64,000 bases of DNA, taken from positions 1-64,000 of IMG/VR virus record IMGVR_UViG_3300032138_000004; one strand, given 5' to 3'. The notes under the pieces are model-generated. The model ran no database searches and was not told the origin of the DNA. It saw only the letters and a program-made list of their open reading frames with translations. Source of the DNA: a virus. Its lineage: Duplodnaviria; Caudoviricetes. Shown here piece after piece: positions 16,889 through 26,566 of the stretch. Within the stretch, counting starts at the first letter, position 1, and every line of letters begins with the position of its first letter. A program made the translations under genes and the position numbers.

Positions 16889-18786
16889 ACCGACGCGGCC
16901 AGCGCGACATCGCCCGGCTCGGGCGGGCGATGTCGAAGGCCTTGACCGAGGCCGCGGGCGGCTCGGAGAGTCCGCTGGATCCGTGCTCGACGGCCTACGA
17001 CTTCATCGAGGAATACAACCCCCTCCTCGACGGCCGCGCATTCGACTGGATCAAGTACAAGCACCTCGTACCGGTGTATCGGGACGTCCACCCGCACGTG
17101 ACGCTCCAGGCCGGCGCCCAGACGGGGAAGACCGGCTATCTACTGGCTCGCCTCACCCGCGAGACGTTCCGCCAGTGGGGCGGGATGTTCGGCTACTACT
17201 TCCCCGATCTTCACCTTCCCCGCGCTTTCTCTACCCGCCGTTTCCGACCGTTCATGGGCAGCTCCGAGGATCTGAGATCGTGGGTCGGGGCGAGCTCGAA
17301 GCGGGGCAAGGGCACCGACGCGGTACTCACCCGCACGGTCGGGCCGTCCACGGTGTTCTTCCTGTCGGTGGGCGGGAAGTCGATGACCGAAGGGCTCCCC
17401 ATGCAGGGGATCTTCTTCGACGAGGTCCGGCGCATGGACGCGCACGACATCCAACTCGCCGAGGAGCGGACCAGCGCGCAAGCCAACCCGATCAACATCA
17501 AGGTCAGCACGGCGTTTTACCCTAAGCAGGACATAAACGCGGCCTTCCTTGCCGGAGACCAGCGCTACTTCCACACGATCTGCGGGTGCTCCGATGGGGT
17601 CGTGCTGGCGAAGCGGTGGCCCGACTGCGTGGCCGACCTCACGAAGGCAACGCCGGGGCTGCTGAACAAGGTGGCCCACGCCTACGAACACGCGGGAATG
17701 CCCTACCTGGGGCTCACCGGCGAGGAGCGTAGGCGGTGGGGAGACGCTTGCTACATTTGCCCCGACTGCGGCGAGATCATCGTCGATCCCCGCGAGGGCT
17801 ATTGGGAGCGGCACAATCCCCAGGCATGGGCGCATAGCTACCAGATGCCCCAACTCCTGAGCTGGACGTGGCCGGCATCGCGGACGTGGAAGGCCTTTTC
17901 GGATCCAGAGCAACCGCTGGACATCCAAGAGTTCCACAACAGCAAGCTCGGGCTGCCCTACCTCGACGCCGACAGCCAGCTCGTGCTCGACGAACACCTG
18001 GCATCGTGCGTAAACACGACGATCGTGTGGCCGGCGAACCAGTCGCGACGGTGGCGGAAGCGGCACTGCGTAAACACGGCCATGGGGGTCGATTGCCAGG
18101 CCGGGTACAACGTGTGCGTCATCAAGCAGCGGACAGAGTCGGGGAAGTACCGGACCATCCACCTCGCCGTGCCGCATGGTGATGACCCGTGGAAGGAGAC
18201 GGGGAAGCTCATGCACGAGTACGACGTGCGGTGTTGCGTGGTCGATGCGATGCCGCACTGGAACGAGTCGCGGCGCTTCGCTCGGCAGTGGTTGGGTCGG
18301 GTGTTCCTGGCCTTCTACGGCGACGAAGGCGGGAGCAAGGGAAAGACCGCGATGGTCTCGTGGAAGGACCGCGGGAAGAAGGCCGACCAGCGCGGCGACG
18401 TCGGCTTCAAATTCATCGTCAACATCAACCGCACGACGGGCCTGCACTGGTCGCTGTCAAGGTGGAGCCACCGCCTCAACGAGACACCGCACCCGGAGAA
18501 ATTGGTGGTGATGCTCCCCCAACAGAAGAGCCGGGTGATGCTGACGTCGGGGCTGCGGGTGGGCCGGATGACGCCCACGCCGATCTGCCGGGCGGTCTAC
18601 TGGCCCCACCAGCAATCGGTCGCGTTCCGAAAGGTCTACCTCAACGACGACGCAAAACGGCGCGACGACTTCAAGGTCATCGCGGAGCATGTGGGGGGTG
18701 TCGACCCTCACTTTGCTCATGCGAACCTGTATGCTGACGTGGCGCTCGCCAGGATCAGCCGGGCTACACGCCCTCGAGAGGTGTGA
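16885..18786 (+). CDS. terL: terminase large subunit (GpA-like)
   Basis: AGAQTGKT, IFFDE, VSTA, CPDC zinc finger, MGVD, VDAMP, DPHFAHA. Confidence 0.9.
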   Translation: MNRRGQRDIARLGRAMSKALTEAAGGSESPLDPCSTAYDFIEEYNPLLDGRAFDWIKYKHLVPVYRDVHPHVTLQAGAQTGKTGYLLARLTRETFRQWGGMFGYYFPDLHLPRAFSTRRFRPFMGSSEDLRSWVGASSKRGKGTDAVLTRTVGPSTVFFLSVGGKSMTEGLPMQGIFFDEVRRMDAHDIQLAEERTSAQANPINIKVSTAFYPKQDINAAFLAGDQRYFHTICGCSDGVVLAKRWPDCVADLTKATPGLLNKVAHAYEHAGMPYLGLTGEERRRWGDACYICPDCGEIIVDPREGYWERHNPQAWAHSYQMPQLLSWTWPASRTWKAFSDPEQPLDIQEFHNSKLGLPYLDADSQLVLDEHLASCVNTTIVWPANQSRRWRKRHCVNTAMGVDCQAGYNVCVIKQRTESGKYRTIHLAVPHGDDPWKETGKLMHEYDVRCCVVDAMPHWNESRRFARQWLGRVFLAFYGDEGGSKGKTAMVSWKDRGKKADQRGDVGFKFIVNINRTTGLHWSLSRWSHRLNETPHPEKLVVMLPQQKSRVMLTSGLRVGRMTPTPICRAVYWPHQQSVAFRKVYLNDDAKRRDDFKVIAEHVGGVDPHFAHANLYADVALARISRATRPREV

Positions 18787-19184
18787 TGGTGCGTAGTTTC
18801 GCGAACCAACGACTGCTGGATCGGATCACCGGGAAGACGGTGGAGCGGCAGATCAGCCGGGGCATGGAAGGGGTCAGTGCATCGCCGACCCTTGTGCTGC
18901 TTGAGGACCCCGTGGGCGACCTCGAGGAATTGGTCGAGGCGACCGCGATGGACGAGGGCAAGCGGCCCAGCGCGTTCCTACGGCGGCGCAAGGCCCGCCA
19001 GCTCGGTCTCGACGCATCCACCGGCGCGATGGTGCTGAATGGCCGCGAATGCTGTATGGACTTGGTGCGCGCACTCAACCGCCAACTCCACCGCTTGCGG
19101 CTTCCGGCGGAGCACGTGTGCGTGGGATGCGGCACGAGGTGGGGCGTCCAGAACCTCGTGAGAGAGGAGCGCCGGCATGGCTGA
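18786..19184 (+). CDS. hypothetical zinc-binding protein
   Basis: ECC...CVGC; overlaps both the terL stop and the portal start. Confidence 0.6.
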   Translation: MVRSFANQRLLDRITGKTVERQISRGMEGVSASPTLVLLEDPVGDLEELVEATAMDEGKRPSAFLRRRKARQLGLDASTGAMVLNGRECCMDLVRALNRQLHRLRLPAEHVCVGCGTRWGVQNLVREERRHG

Positions 19185-21063
19185 ACCAGGACTCGTCGAC
19201 CGCTTTGGGCGCCCATTGTCGAGTATGGCGAAGGGCAGCGGAGGCCTCCCGCACGGTGCGATCGATCGGCTGGTGAGCATGGGCGTAAAGGTCGGCGCTG
19301 ACGGCGCCATGACCTTCGACGCGAGTGCCGTGCGCAAAATGCGGTCGGAGCGGATCCGGCGGCACACCGTCAGTACGGTCCCCTCAACCCCACGGCACGT
19401 CGTCCGCGACGGTGGCGGGGTCGGTGTTCGCAAGGGCTTCGGCCGCTTCGAGACGCTGACTCTGGAGTCGCTGCGGGTGATTCGCGAGTCGAGCCCGATC
19501 CTCATGCCGATCCACTCGGCGCGGCACCACCAGGTCCGCGCCATGGGCCGGAAGTGGAGCGGGAAGCGCGGCGACATCGGCTGGCGGGTCGTCCATCGGG
19601 ACCACCACGCCTACAACGCCGAGGTCCCCGACTACATCGACCCCTACATCAAGCGCTTCGAGCGGACGCTGGAGTGCCCGTCTCCTCAGTATTGCGCGAC
19701 ACTCGGCGATCTCCTCGTGGGCTTGGAGGAGGACTATCTGACCATCAACCGGCCGGTCCTCGAGCTGCTGCGGTCGGCGTGGGACGACAAACGCATCATC
19801 GGCGGACGGCCCGTCGATGGTGCGTTGATCTGGCCGACGTTCGCGTGGCTCGAGAAGTGGTTGGCGGAGAACCCGACGTGGAACGTGGGCAACGAGGGCG
19901 GACTGACGGACGACGACGCCCTCAACCTCATCAGCAACATCGTCGGTTTCGACATCGGCGGGGCGCACTACTGTCTCGTCCGCGAGGGTGTACTGGAGGC
20001 GGTCTACACGCGCGACGATCTGGTGGTCGCGCCCCAGCAGAACCGCACCGACATCCGACACGCCGGCTATCCGCCGTCGCACGTGGAGCAGGCCATCGAG
20101 CTCGTGCTGGGCTTCATGAACGCCTACGAGTTCAACAGCATCTTCTTCACGCGCGGAATGGTCGCCGACAAGATCCTCGGCATCAGCGGCGACGTCCACG
20201 ACGACGACGTGGACGCCTTCGTCGATATGCTCCGCGAGGCCACCCAAGGGACGAAGCGGGCGCACTCGCTCCCGGTCATGCCGCTCCCGGTCGACGGAAC
20301 GCTCCAGGTCATCGACCTCAAGGCCCAGAGTCGCGAGACGGCGTGGGAAGGGTGGATGTCGATCCTCACGGCCCTCTGCACGGCCGTCTACAGGATGGAC
20401 CCCAGCGAGATCAACGCGAAGCCGTGGTCAGGCGGGTCGTCGCCTGGCCTCAGCGAGGCGAACCGGAGTGCAGAGCTCCAATACGCGAAAGCCGAAGGGC
20501 TCCAGGGCGACTTGCAGCACCTCGCAGAGAACGTGCTGACCCCGTGGGCGCGGACGTGCCACCCCGACCTCAGCGTGGTCTTCGAGTATGGAGGGTTTGA
20601 TCCTCAGAAGGAGGCGCAGACCTACGAGGTGAGCAGCCGCGTCTACCGCACCCGCAACGAGATCCGGCTGGAGGCCGGCGATGCGCCGGTGAAACCGTGG
20701 TGGCCGTTGAAGGAGCTGGACGACCTCAGCGACGAGGACCGCGAGAAGTACGACGCGAACCCGTGGAATTGGCCCACCGATCCGGGCTTCGCTCAAGCGA
20801 TGCAGATGCAGGCCATGGGCGGCGAAGAGGAGCAGCCGGAGGGCGGCGAGTTTCCGCCGGGCGAGGGCTCAGAGCAGCCACCGGACGACGGGTACGGCGA
20901 GCCTGCGAACGGCGCCGAGGATGGCTATGGCGGCGCACCGCCGGACTACCCTTACGGAGAGCCACCAGAGCAGGAGGGGGGGCCGTCCGCGCCCGCCCAG
21001 ATGCAGAAGGGTGGCAGACTCACGATCTATGTCGAAGAATGGCCGCGGCCCTTGAAGCTGTAG
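19177..21063 (+). CDS. portal protein
   Basis: RPVDGALI, NRTD..GYPPSHVE, FNSIFFTRG, AVYRMDPSEIN, TRNEIR; acidic Pro-rich tail; follows terL. Confidence 0.85.
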   Translation: MAEPGLVDRFGRPLSSMAKGSGGLPHGAIDRLVSMGVKVGADGAMTFDASAVRKMRSERIRRHTVSTVPSTPRHVVRDGGGVGVRKGFGRFETLTLESLRVIRESSPILMPIHSARHHQVRAMGRKWSGKRGDIGWRVVHRDHHAYNAEVPDYIDPYIKRFERTLECPSPQYCATLGDLLVGLEEDYLTINRPVLELLRSAWDDKRIIGGRPVDGALIWPTFAWLEKWLAENPTWNVGNEGGLTDDDALNLISNIVGFDIGGAHYCLVREGVLEAVYTRDDLVVAPQQNRTDIRHAGYPPSHVEQAIELVLGFMNAYEFNSIFFTRGMVADKILGISGDVHDDDVDAFVDMLREATQGTKRAHSLPVMPLPVDGTLQVIDLKAQSRETAWEGWMSILTALCTAVYRMDPSEINAKPWSGGSSPGLSEANRSAELQYAKAEGLQGDLQHLAENVLTPWARTCHPDLSVVFEYGGFDPQKEAQTYEVSSRVYRTRNEIRLEAGDAPVKPWWPLKELDDLSDEDREKYDANPWNWPTDPGFAQAMQMQAMGGEEEQPEGGEFPPGEGSEQPPDDGYGEPANGAEDGYGGAPPDYPYGEPPEQEGGPSAPAQMQKGGRLTIYVEEWPRPLKL

Positions 21064-21084
21064 GCGACCCCCTGGAGGCCACCG

Positions 21085-21489
21085 ATGTCAACCCCCCGTC
21101 AATACTCCCGCGCAGGCGGCCTACTCGCCACCGACACGAAGATCGTGCGGGAGGGCGTGGTAGCCGCCGAGTCGGCGCCGACGACCTACAACGACGGCAT
21201 CAAGCAACGGCTGGCGAAGGTCTCCGAGGTCCAGTGGGTGATCATCATGCCCGCCGGGATCACGAGCTTCGACGTCGCCTTTTATCGGTACGTCCGGACG
21301 CTGGACCGAGACGGAGAAGAGGTCTATGGCGCGTGGGTCAAGGACGAGACCACGGCGGGCGAGACCGAATCGCTGGTGTATTACCAGTATCTCGCGCAGC
21401 AGCCCGTCCAGTGTGCCATCACGGCCATGAGTGGAACGCCTGGGGATGGCTTCGTCATTCTCCGCACGGGCGTCCAGAAGGGGACGTAA
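21085..21489 (+). CDS. hypothetical protein
   Basis: GGAGG SD; beta-rich. Confidence 0.65.
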   Translation: MSTPRQYSRAGGLLATDTKIVREGVVAAESAPTTYNDGIKQRLAKVSEVQWVIIMPAGITSFDVAFYRYVRTLDRDGEEVYGAWVKDETTAGETESLVYYQYLAQQPVQCAITAMSGTPGDGFVILRTGVQKGT

Positions 21490-21492
21490 ACC

Positions 21493-22098
21493 ATGGCCAT
21501 CCGATCTCAGGGCCGCCGACCAGAGCAGCAGAGCGCCAGCGTCGACGAAAACGTAGTGAGAGGTGGCGCCGCCTCGGGGTGGAGCGTCTTGCCAGGCGGA
21601 TTAGCTGGGGGCCAGGACAATCGGCCCCTAGTGGGATCGCGCCCACTCGCCAGCAGCCCGAATTACAAGCCTCGATTCTGGTATTTCGGATATTCCGCCC
21701 TTGACATGCTGTGGTGGTCCCCCACGGACGACTACGGCGGCGGCGGTTGGCTACCGGAGGACTTGTCGACCCTCCGCGCCCGATGGAGCTGGGGGCCATA
21801 CTCCGGCGCCGGGAACGGCAACACGCGCTGGTTCCTTCGGGTCTTCCAGTTTGACGCCGACGCGGAGGTCGGGACCTCGCCCGTCTGGGACTACACGGCC
21901 TCGTCGACTATCAGCGACTCAAGTGCGTCCTCCAACTCCAACACCGAATCCACCATCGACCTCGACCTCACCCAGGGCGGAGGGTACGACCCCGACCGCC
22001 TCACGTGCATCACCTTCGGACGGGACGGGACGGACGGGGTCGAGGACACTTCGACGCGCTCCTCGTGGCTCTGGGCGGCACAGCTAGAGGTCTCATAG
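21493..22098 (+). CDS. hypothetical virion-like protein
   Basis: Ser/Thr/Gly/Trp-rich; co-oriented in the operon. Confidence 0.55.
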   Translation: MAIRSQGRRPEQQSASVDENVVRGGAASGWSVLPGGLAGGQDNRPLVGSRPLASSPNYKPRFWYFGYSALDMLWWSPTDDYGGGGWLPEDLSTLRARWSWGPYSGAGNGNTRWFLRVFQFDADAEVGTSPVWDYTASSTISDSSASSNSNTESTIDLDLTQGGGYDPDRLTCITFGRDGTDGVEDTSTRSSWLWAAQLEVS

Positions 22099-22124
22099 CC
22101 TCGGATCTTCCAGTGCGACCCCTC

Positions 22125-22136
22125 GCGTGGTAGACC
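22125..22136 (+). promoter_or_regulatory. putative extended -10 promoter GCGTGGTAGACC
   Basis: Identical to 11228-11239. Confidence 0.5.
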
Positions 22137-22164
22137 GGAAACAGCACTAAGTCAGGAGGACAAC

Positions 22165-22404
22165 ATGCCCCGCGTGAAGCTCGTTCGCATCACTACCAAC
22201 ACCCCCGACCTCGACCAACTCGCGGCGGCAATACTTGCCCAGGATGCCGATGCCGTGGGCAACATCCTCGACCATGTTTTCGAGTTCCGTGGTCCGGTCG
22301 GGGGATTTTTGGAGGGTATCGACGGTGTGGTGTGGGACGAATTGGCCATGTTTCTCATCTCCAATTTGCCAGGCCTCGCCGACCGGATGGCGGCGACCGA
22401 GTAG
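22165..22404 (+). CDS. hypothetical protein
   Basis: AGGAG SD before the ATG. Confidence 0.65.
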   Translation: MPRVKLVRITTNTPDLDQLAAAILAQDADAVGNILDHVFEFRGPVGGFLEGIDGVVWDELAMFLISNLPGLADRMAATE

Positions 22405-22416
22405 GCATCGCGCGCC

Positions 22417-22548
22417 ATGAAGCGCCTGGGGCCCCTGGCCGCCGCCGCACTTGTGCTGCTCCACGTCGCGTGCGGCTGGCTCACCCCGACCGAGGCGTGG
22501 CGGTGGGCGTGGCGGGCTATGCTCGAGGGACGAGGTGGCGATGAGTGA
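22417..22548 (+). CDS. small membrane or lipoprotein-like peptide (43 aa, not in the ORF track)
   Basis: MKRLGPLAAAALVLLHVACGW...; fills the gap and overlaps the next start. Confidence 0.4.
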   Translation: MKRLGPLAAAALVLLHVACGWLTPTEAWRWAWRAMLEGRGGDE

Positions 22549-22855
22549 CCCGGTGCTGACTGAGGTGACCTTGGTGCAGGTCGCGGCCCTCGTTGGTGTG
22601 GTGTCGGCGCTCACTGCTGGATTCGGGCAATTGCTGGCCCCGTGGCGGTCGTTGCAGAAGCTGGTCGAGGAGCACCACCGGTTGCTGGTCAAGCCCGATC
22701 ACGGCCACGTGTCGCTGGTGCAGCGGGTGCAGGATGCCGAGTCTGAGCTGACACGGCGACGGCAGGCCGACCGAGACATGCACGCCATCCTCGCCCGCAT
22801 CGACCAGCACGTCAGGCCTGTGGAGGAGGATACCGGTGGCACTCCCGGCGCGTAA
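22541..22855 (+). CDS. single-TM coiled-coil protein (holin-like)
   Basis: GAGGTGG SD, ATG 22541; LVQVAALVGVVSALTAGFGQLL. Confidence 0.5.
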   Translation: MSDPVLTEVTLVQVAALVGVVSALTAGFGQLLAPWRSLQKLVEEHHRLLVKPDHGHVSLVQRVQDAESELTRRRQADRDMHAILARIDQHVRPVEEDTGGTPGA

Positions 22856-23198
22856 GATCGCCGGCCTCCTTGAGGCCGCCATCGCCGTCCTCGACGCTGA
22901 GGAGGAGCGACACGTCGAGGGCCCCCAGCCCGCGCCACTGGGTGCGGTGGTCCCCGCCTGGATGCACGACCTGTGGGCAGGACAGGCTGGGGCGCTGCTC
23001 CCAGGGCGAACGTGCCTCGTCGAGCTACCCGACGGTCGACGGGTGAGGATGCGACTCCACGAGACCCCCGGCGGTGGGCTGGTCTGGAGGCGTGACCGTG
23101 AGGCCGAGGCCGCCTACCTCGCTGAGCGGCGGGCCCAGGCGGCCCTGCTGGGTGTCGAGTGGGACGAGGAAGACGGTGCAGAGGCGGCAGCAGGGTAG
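22836..23198 (+). CDS. hypothetical protein
   Basis: GGAGG SD; last gene of the rightward arm. Confidence 0.5.
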   Translation: MALPARKIAGLLEAAIAVLDAEEERHVEGPQPAPLGAVVPAWMHDLWAGQAGALLPGRTCLVELPDGRRVRMRLHETPGGGLVWRRDREAEAAYLAERRAQAALLGVEWDEEDGAEAAAG

Positions 23199-23201
23199 CC
23201 G

Positions 23202-23492
23202 TCAGCCGCCCTCAGACACTGGCTCTACCGCGGCGCGCGTGACGCACTCGTCACGCTCAGCCCGCAACCGGTCGACATCAGCGCGAGCCTCGGCCAGAGT
23301 CGCTTCTGCTGAGGCCTCTCGCTCCTCACAGACAGCCACCTGTGTCCGAGCCTCGGCGCACTCTTCGGGCTCGATTCGGAGGCCCATGTAGGTGCCACCG
23401 CCCGCCATCATCGCGAGCACAACCACGCCCAGCCCAGCCTGAGCTGCAGTGGACTGCGGCATGACCGCCCGGAACTTGTCGGTGGCAGACAT
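23202..23492 (-). CDS. TM plus coiled-coil protein (spanin-like)
   Basis: AGLGVVVLAMMAGG TM, periplasmic-type helix with 3 Cys; at the end of the lysis cassette. Confidence 0.5.
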   Translation of the reverse strand: MSATDKFRAVMPQSTAAQAGLGVVVLAMMAGGGTYMGLRIEPEECAEARTQVAVCEEREASAEATLAEARADVDRLRAERDECVTRAAVEPVSEGG

Positions 23493-23662
23493 CAGTCGAG
23501 AACATCGACGAGAAACGAGATTGAAAACTTCACGACCGACACCACCAGCTGTCGACGCTCCTTGATGGACAGCTTGCCGTCACGTAGAGCATCGACAACC
23601 TGGACCAGCAGCGCTTCGGCCTTCACCAGATGCTTGTCGCGCTCGCGCTTCGTCAGTGCCAT
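23492..23662 (-). CDS. small protein (56 aa, not in the ORF track), lysis-cassette member
   Basis: AGGAG SD; MALTKRERDKHLVKAEALL...SFLVDVLD; TGA overlaps the next ATG. Confidence 0.6.
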   Translation of the reverse strand: MALTKRERDKHLVKAEALLVQVVDALRDGKLSIKERRQLVVSVVKFSISFLVDVLD

Positions 23663-23670
23663 GTGATCTC

Positions 23671-24219
23671 CTAGGGGTTGTCCAGGTAGGCCTGGTAGAG
23701 GTCGGTTCGGTATTCCGGCTTGAGGCGGCCGACACAGATTCGGTCAGACCGGTAGTCGATGGGCATGATGCGAACGCAGGCCTTCGGGCTCTTGCCGTGC
23801 GTTTCCCGTCCACCGCCAGCCGCCTCCAGGATCATCACCCGAGAGTCGTCCTCGCCCAGCGCCTTCACGACAAGGCCGACGTGCCCAGGGTAGAGGACGT
23901 AGTCGCCAGGGCGGAGCTTGCGCAGGCTCGCGACATCCCGCTCCTTCAGGATGACCGGGTCGCAGATGTTCAGCAGCCCGGTGCTGTTGAGATCATCGAC
24001 GCCGGCATCGTGGAGCACCTGCAGGTCCAGGAACTTCCACGCGACACCGGACACCAGGATGAGCAGGCCGCCACAGTCGATGACTGGGATGCCGTCGCTA
24101 CTGCGCGTGACCTGGCCCAGCGGCCACTGGTCCTCGGCGCCGACGATGTCGACTCCGCCCCACCCATAGGGGCGGCCAAGAATGACGAAGATGGCAACGA
24201 AGAGTTCGGCGTCGGTCAT
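23671..24219 (-). CDS. NlpC/P60 cell-wall peptidase (endolysin candidate)
   Basis: GRPYGWGG, IDCGG catalytic Cys, GHVGLV His. Confidence 0.85.
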   Translation of the reverse strand: MTDAELFVAIFVILGRPYGWGGVDIVGAEDQWPLGQVTRSSDGIPVIDCGGLLILVSGVAWKFLDLQVLHDAGVDDLNSTGLLNICDPVILKERDVASLRKLRPGDYVLYPGHVGLVVKALGEDDSRVMILEAAGGGRETHGKSPKACVRIMPIDYRSDRICVGRLKPEYRTDLYQAYLDNP

Positions 24220-24488
24220 GCTGCACGCAGCATAGTCGAGGCTTCACCGAAGAACACGTCGTCATCGAGGGCTGCCATCACAACAGCCTCACCCAGCGTC
24301 GACAGTCCAGACATGCGGATCAGCTGAAGCTGCGAAGGGCTGCACAGGACCGCTGTGCTGCCGTCGGCCTGTGCCCCATAGCTCATGGTGCTGAACCCAT
24401 CGATCCGAGTCTTGATCGCAGACAGCGCCGCGTTCGCCGCAGCGTCTGCGGGGTCAGGTGCGTCGATGATCACGATGTAGTCTGACAT
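24216..24488 (-). CDS. small protein following a fibre-like gene (chaperone-like position)
   Basis: AGGAG SD, ATG 24488. Confidence 0.55.
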   Translation of the reverse strand: MSDYIVIIDAPDPADAAANAALSAIKTRIDGFSTMSYGAQADGSTAVLCSPSQLQLIRMSGLSTLGEAVVMAALDDDVFFGEASTMLRAA

Positions 24489-24496
24489 GACGACTC

Positions 24497-25264
24497 CTAC
24501 GAGGTCGGCGCGTCGATGACGACGTTCTGCAGTGAGCCGTGGAACTGGATCGTGTCGCTCGTGCTGTTCTTGTACGTGCCGACGAAGATGCACTCGTACA
24601 GCGTTCCGCTCGACGCGCTGCTCTCCGAGCCAGCCACGTTGCGTGTGCCCTCGCCTTGTTCCAGGACGAGATCGACCTGGACATCGTAGGTGTAGGCCCC
24701 CTCGCTGAGGCCTCGCACGATGCCCGACGAGCTGTTGAGTTCTCGGCCAACCATGGCAATCGCATCAACCGCGTCGGCATGAACCGCTGAGGAGGTAGCA
24801 ACTGACTGGCTGCCTCCATGAAGCAGGTTGCCCTTGCCTGCCTGCCCGTTGTCGAACTTCATTACATAGCCAATCCACTTCGGAGTCGTCGTGCCAACGC
24901 CCTCGTAGATGAACCCCCAGCCCAGCCCGATGCCACCGTTCTGCACCGTCGCGACGTTGTCGAAGTCGATGTGTGAGGTACCCACAATCCGCTTCGACTC
25001 GCCCCATGTGATGGCGTTGCCGTCCTGATCGAGCGCCTCTCGGTAGTAGACAGCTGAGTTGCTCGACGAGGTCCCCATTTCAGAGCCATCGTTTCCAGCC
25101 ACCGGCACCGACACCACGCCGCCCGACGATGTGGCTGATGAGCTGATCACCCCGTCTGGGTCGTGCAGGGTCCATGACCCATCAGCAAGATCGATTGTCC
25201 GTAGACCCTCTGTCACTGCGGCGGTGGTGGACTTCGCCACAGCCATCGACCCGTGCATGCCCAT
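24497..25264 (-). CDS. putative receptor-binding / fibre protein B
   Basis: S/T/G-rich beta protein; N-terminus MGMHGSMAVA shared with 25478-26563. Confidence 0.5.
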   Translation of the reverse strand: MGMHGSMAVAKSTTAAVTEGLRTIDLADGSWTLHDPDGVISSSATSSGGVVSVPVAGNDGSEMGTSSSNSAVYYREALDQDGNAITWGESKRIVGTSHIDFDNVATVQNGGIGLGWGFIYEGVGTTTPKWIGYVMKFDNGQAGKGNLLHGGSQSVATSSAVHADAVDAIAMVGRELNSSSGIVRGLSEGAYTYDVQVDLVLEQGEGTRNVAGSESSASSGTLYECIFVGTYKNSTSDTIQFHGSLQNVVIDAPTS

Positions 25265-25266
25265 GA

Positions 25267-25470
25267 CTACGCCTCGCCATCATGGATACATGCGAGCGCC
25301 CTCGCTTTGATTTGGTCGCAGATCACCTTCCGCTTGGCGTCGTTGCTGCCCCAGCCCCCTGTGGCGAGTTCGAGCTCAACCACCGGTATCTCGACGCACA
25401 GACGAACGACCTCCGTCACGGCGGCCTCGTCATTCGTTGACCGTGCGAGGTGAGGTGTGGCTATTTCCAT
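25267..25470 (-). CDS. small protein following a fibre-like gene (67 aa)
   Basis: Start revised to ATG 25470 (MEIATPH). Confidence 0.5.
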   Translation of the reverse strand: MEIATPHLARSTNDEAAVTEVVRLCVEIPVVELELATGGWGSNDAKRKVICDQIKARALACIHDGEA

Positions 25471-25477
25471 CGTGGCC

Positions 25478-26563
25478 TCACGCAAACGTCTGAAGGCGGC
25501 ACTTCTCGAATACGACGGTCGTGTTCGAGGTGTCCCTAGTGACAAGTTCAAGGGCGGCGCGCACTGTCGACCCGAAGTCAGCTCCCTCGGCTGTCGACTG
25601 CGCCAGGGCGTCCCGCCCAGCCTCGCCAACCAGTACACCTGAGCCTGACGGGATGCCTTCAAGGTAGCTGGACTGCTCTCGCCAATACGCAATAGCGGTG
25701 CGGCCCCCCCAGAGGATGACCCGCCACGCAATCGCGGTGGGCGCAGACGTGTCAGAGTTCTGGTCAGCGCCTGTGGTTCCCGCGCTTGCCTGACGCCGGT
25801 ATGCTGCTTGAACGTGGTTGGTTCCGTCGAAGTCGTAGCGTGCGCCGTAGTTGGTGCCCGAAACGGGGCTTGTGTCAGTGCTCAAGCCCAGCAGCATGGC
25901 GTCGTTGGTGTTGCCCATGCTGAAGCCGGATGTGATGAAGTCAACGGCTACAGCGCCAGCTGCATTCCAGTCAATGCTGGACGTGTCCAGGTTGACCGAG
26001 ACATAGCGCGAAGTCGATGTAGCAGACCCGCTCGCACACACAGCCTGGAGGCCGGTCCCGCTGATCACTTGGTAGGTGGATGTCGTCGTCCCCACCCTAT
26101 CGTTGGCGTTGACTGTGGCCTTTGCTGTGGTGCCGTCAGCCTCATAGACCGTCTGTCCGTCTGACTTCGAGAGAACCACGTTGGTGACATCAGCTGTGAA
26201 GTCGACTTCGCTCTGGGTGGTCCAGCCACCTGACACTGCTGCCGCGATGTTTACTGTGTGCTGCGCCGTCGAAACGATGTCACCGTCGGAGTTCTTGGCA
26301 TTCAAGTACAGCGTGTAGCTGTTGCCATTCGCAGAGCCTGTGACCGCGTAGGCGCCAAGCCCTGAGCCAGAGTTGATGCTCGTTGAGCCCACCGCGTTGC
26401 TGATGCCAGCGGTGTAGCTGGCAATCGCTCCGTCAGGATCGGTGAAGGCACCAAAGGTCTTGCCGGCAGGGCTGCCGCCTGCGGCTACGGACTCCGTGGT
26501 GGCTGACGGGGGCTGAACTGGCGCGGCCCCTTGCGCCACAGCCATTGAGCCGTGCATGCCCAT
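25478..26563 (-). CDS. putative receptor-binding / fibre protein A
   Basis: S/T/G/A-rich with an Ig-like N-terminal part; MGMHGSMAVA start. Confidence 0.5.
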   Translation of the reverse strand: MGMHGSMAVAQGAAPVQPPSATTESVAAGGSPAGKTFGAFTDPDGAIASYTAGISNAVGSTSINSGSGLGAYAVTGSANGNSYTLYLNAKNSDGDIVSTAQHTVNIAAAVSGGWTTQSEVDFTADVTNVVLSKSDGQTVYEADGTTAKATVNANDRVGTTTSTYQVISGTGLQAVCASGSATSTSRYVSVNLDTSSIDWNAAGAVAVDFITSGFSMGNTNDAMLLGLSTDTSPVSGTNYGARYDFDGTNHVQAAYRRQASAGTTGADQNSDTSAPTAIAWRVILWGGRTAIAYWREQSSYLEGIPSGSGVLVGEAGRDALAQSTAEGADFGSTVRAALELVTRDTSNTTVVFEKCRLQTFA

Positions 26564-26566
26564 GGG

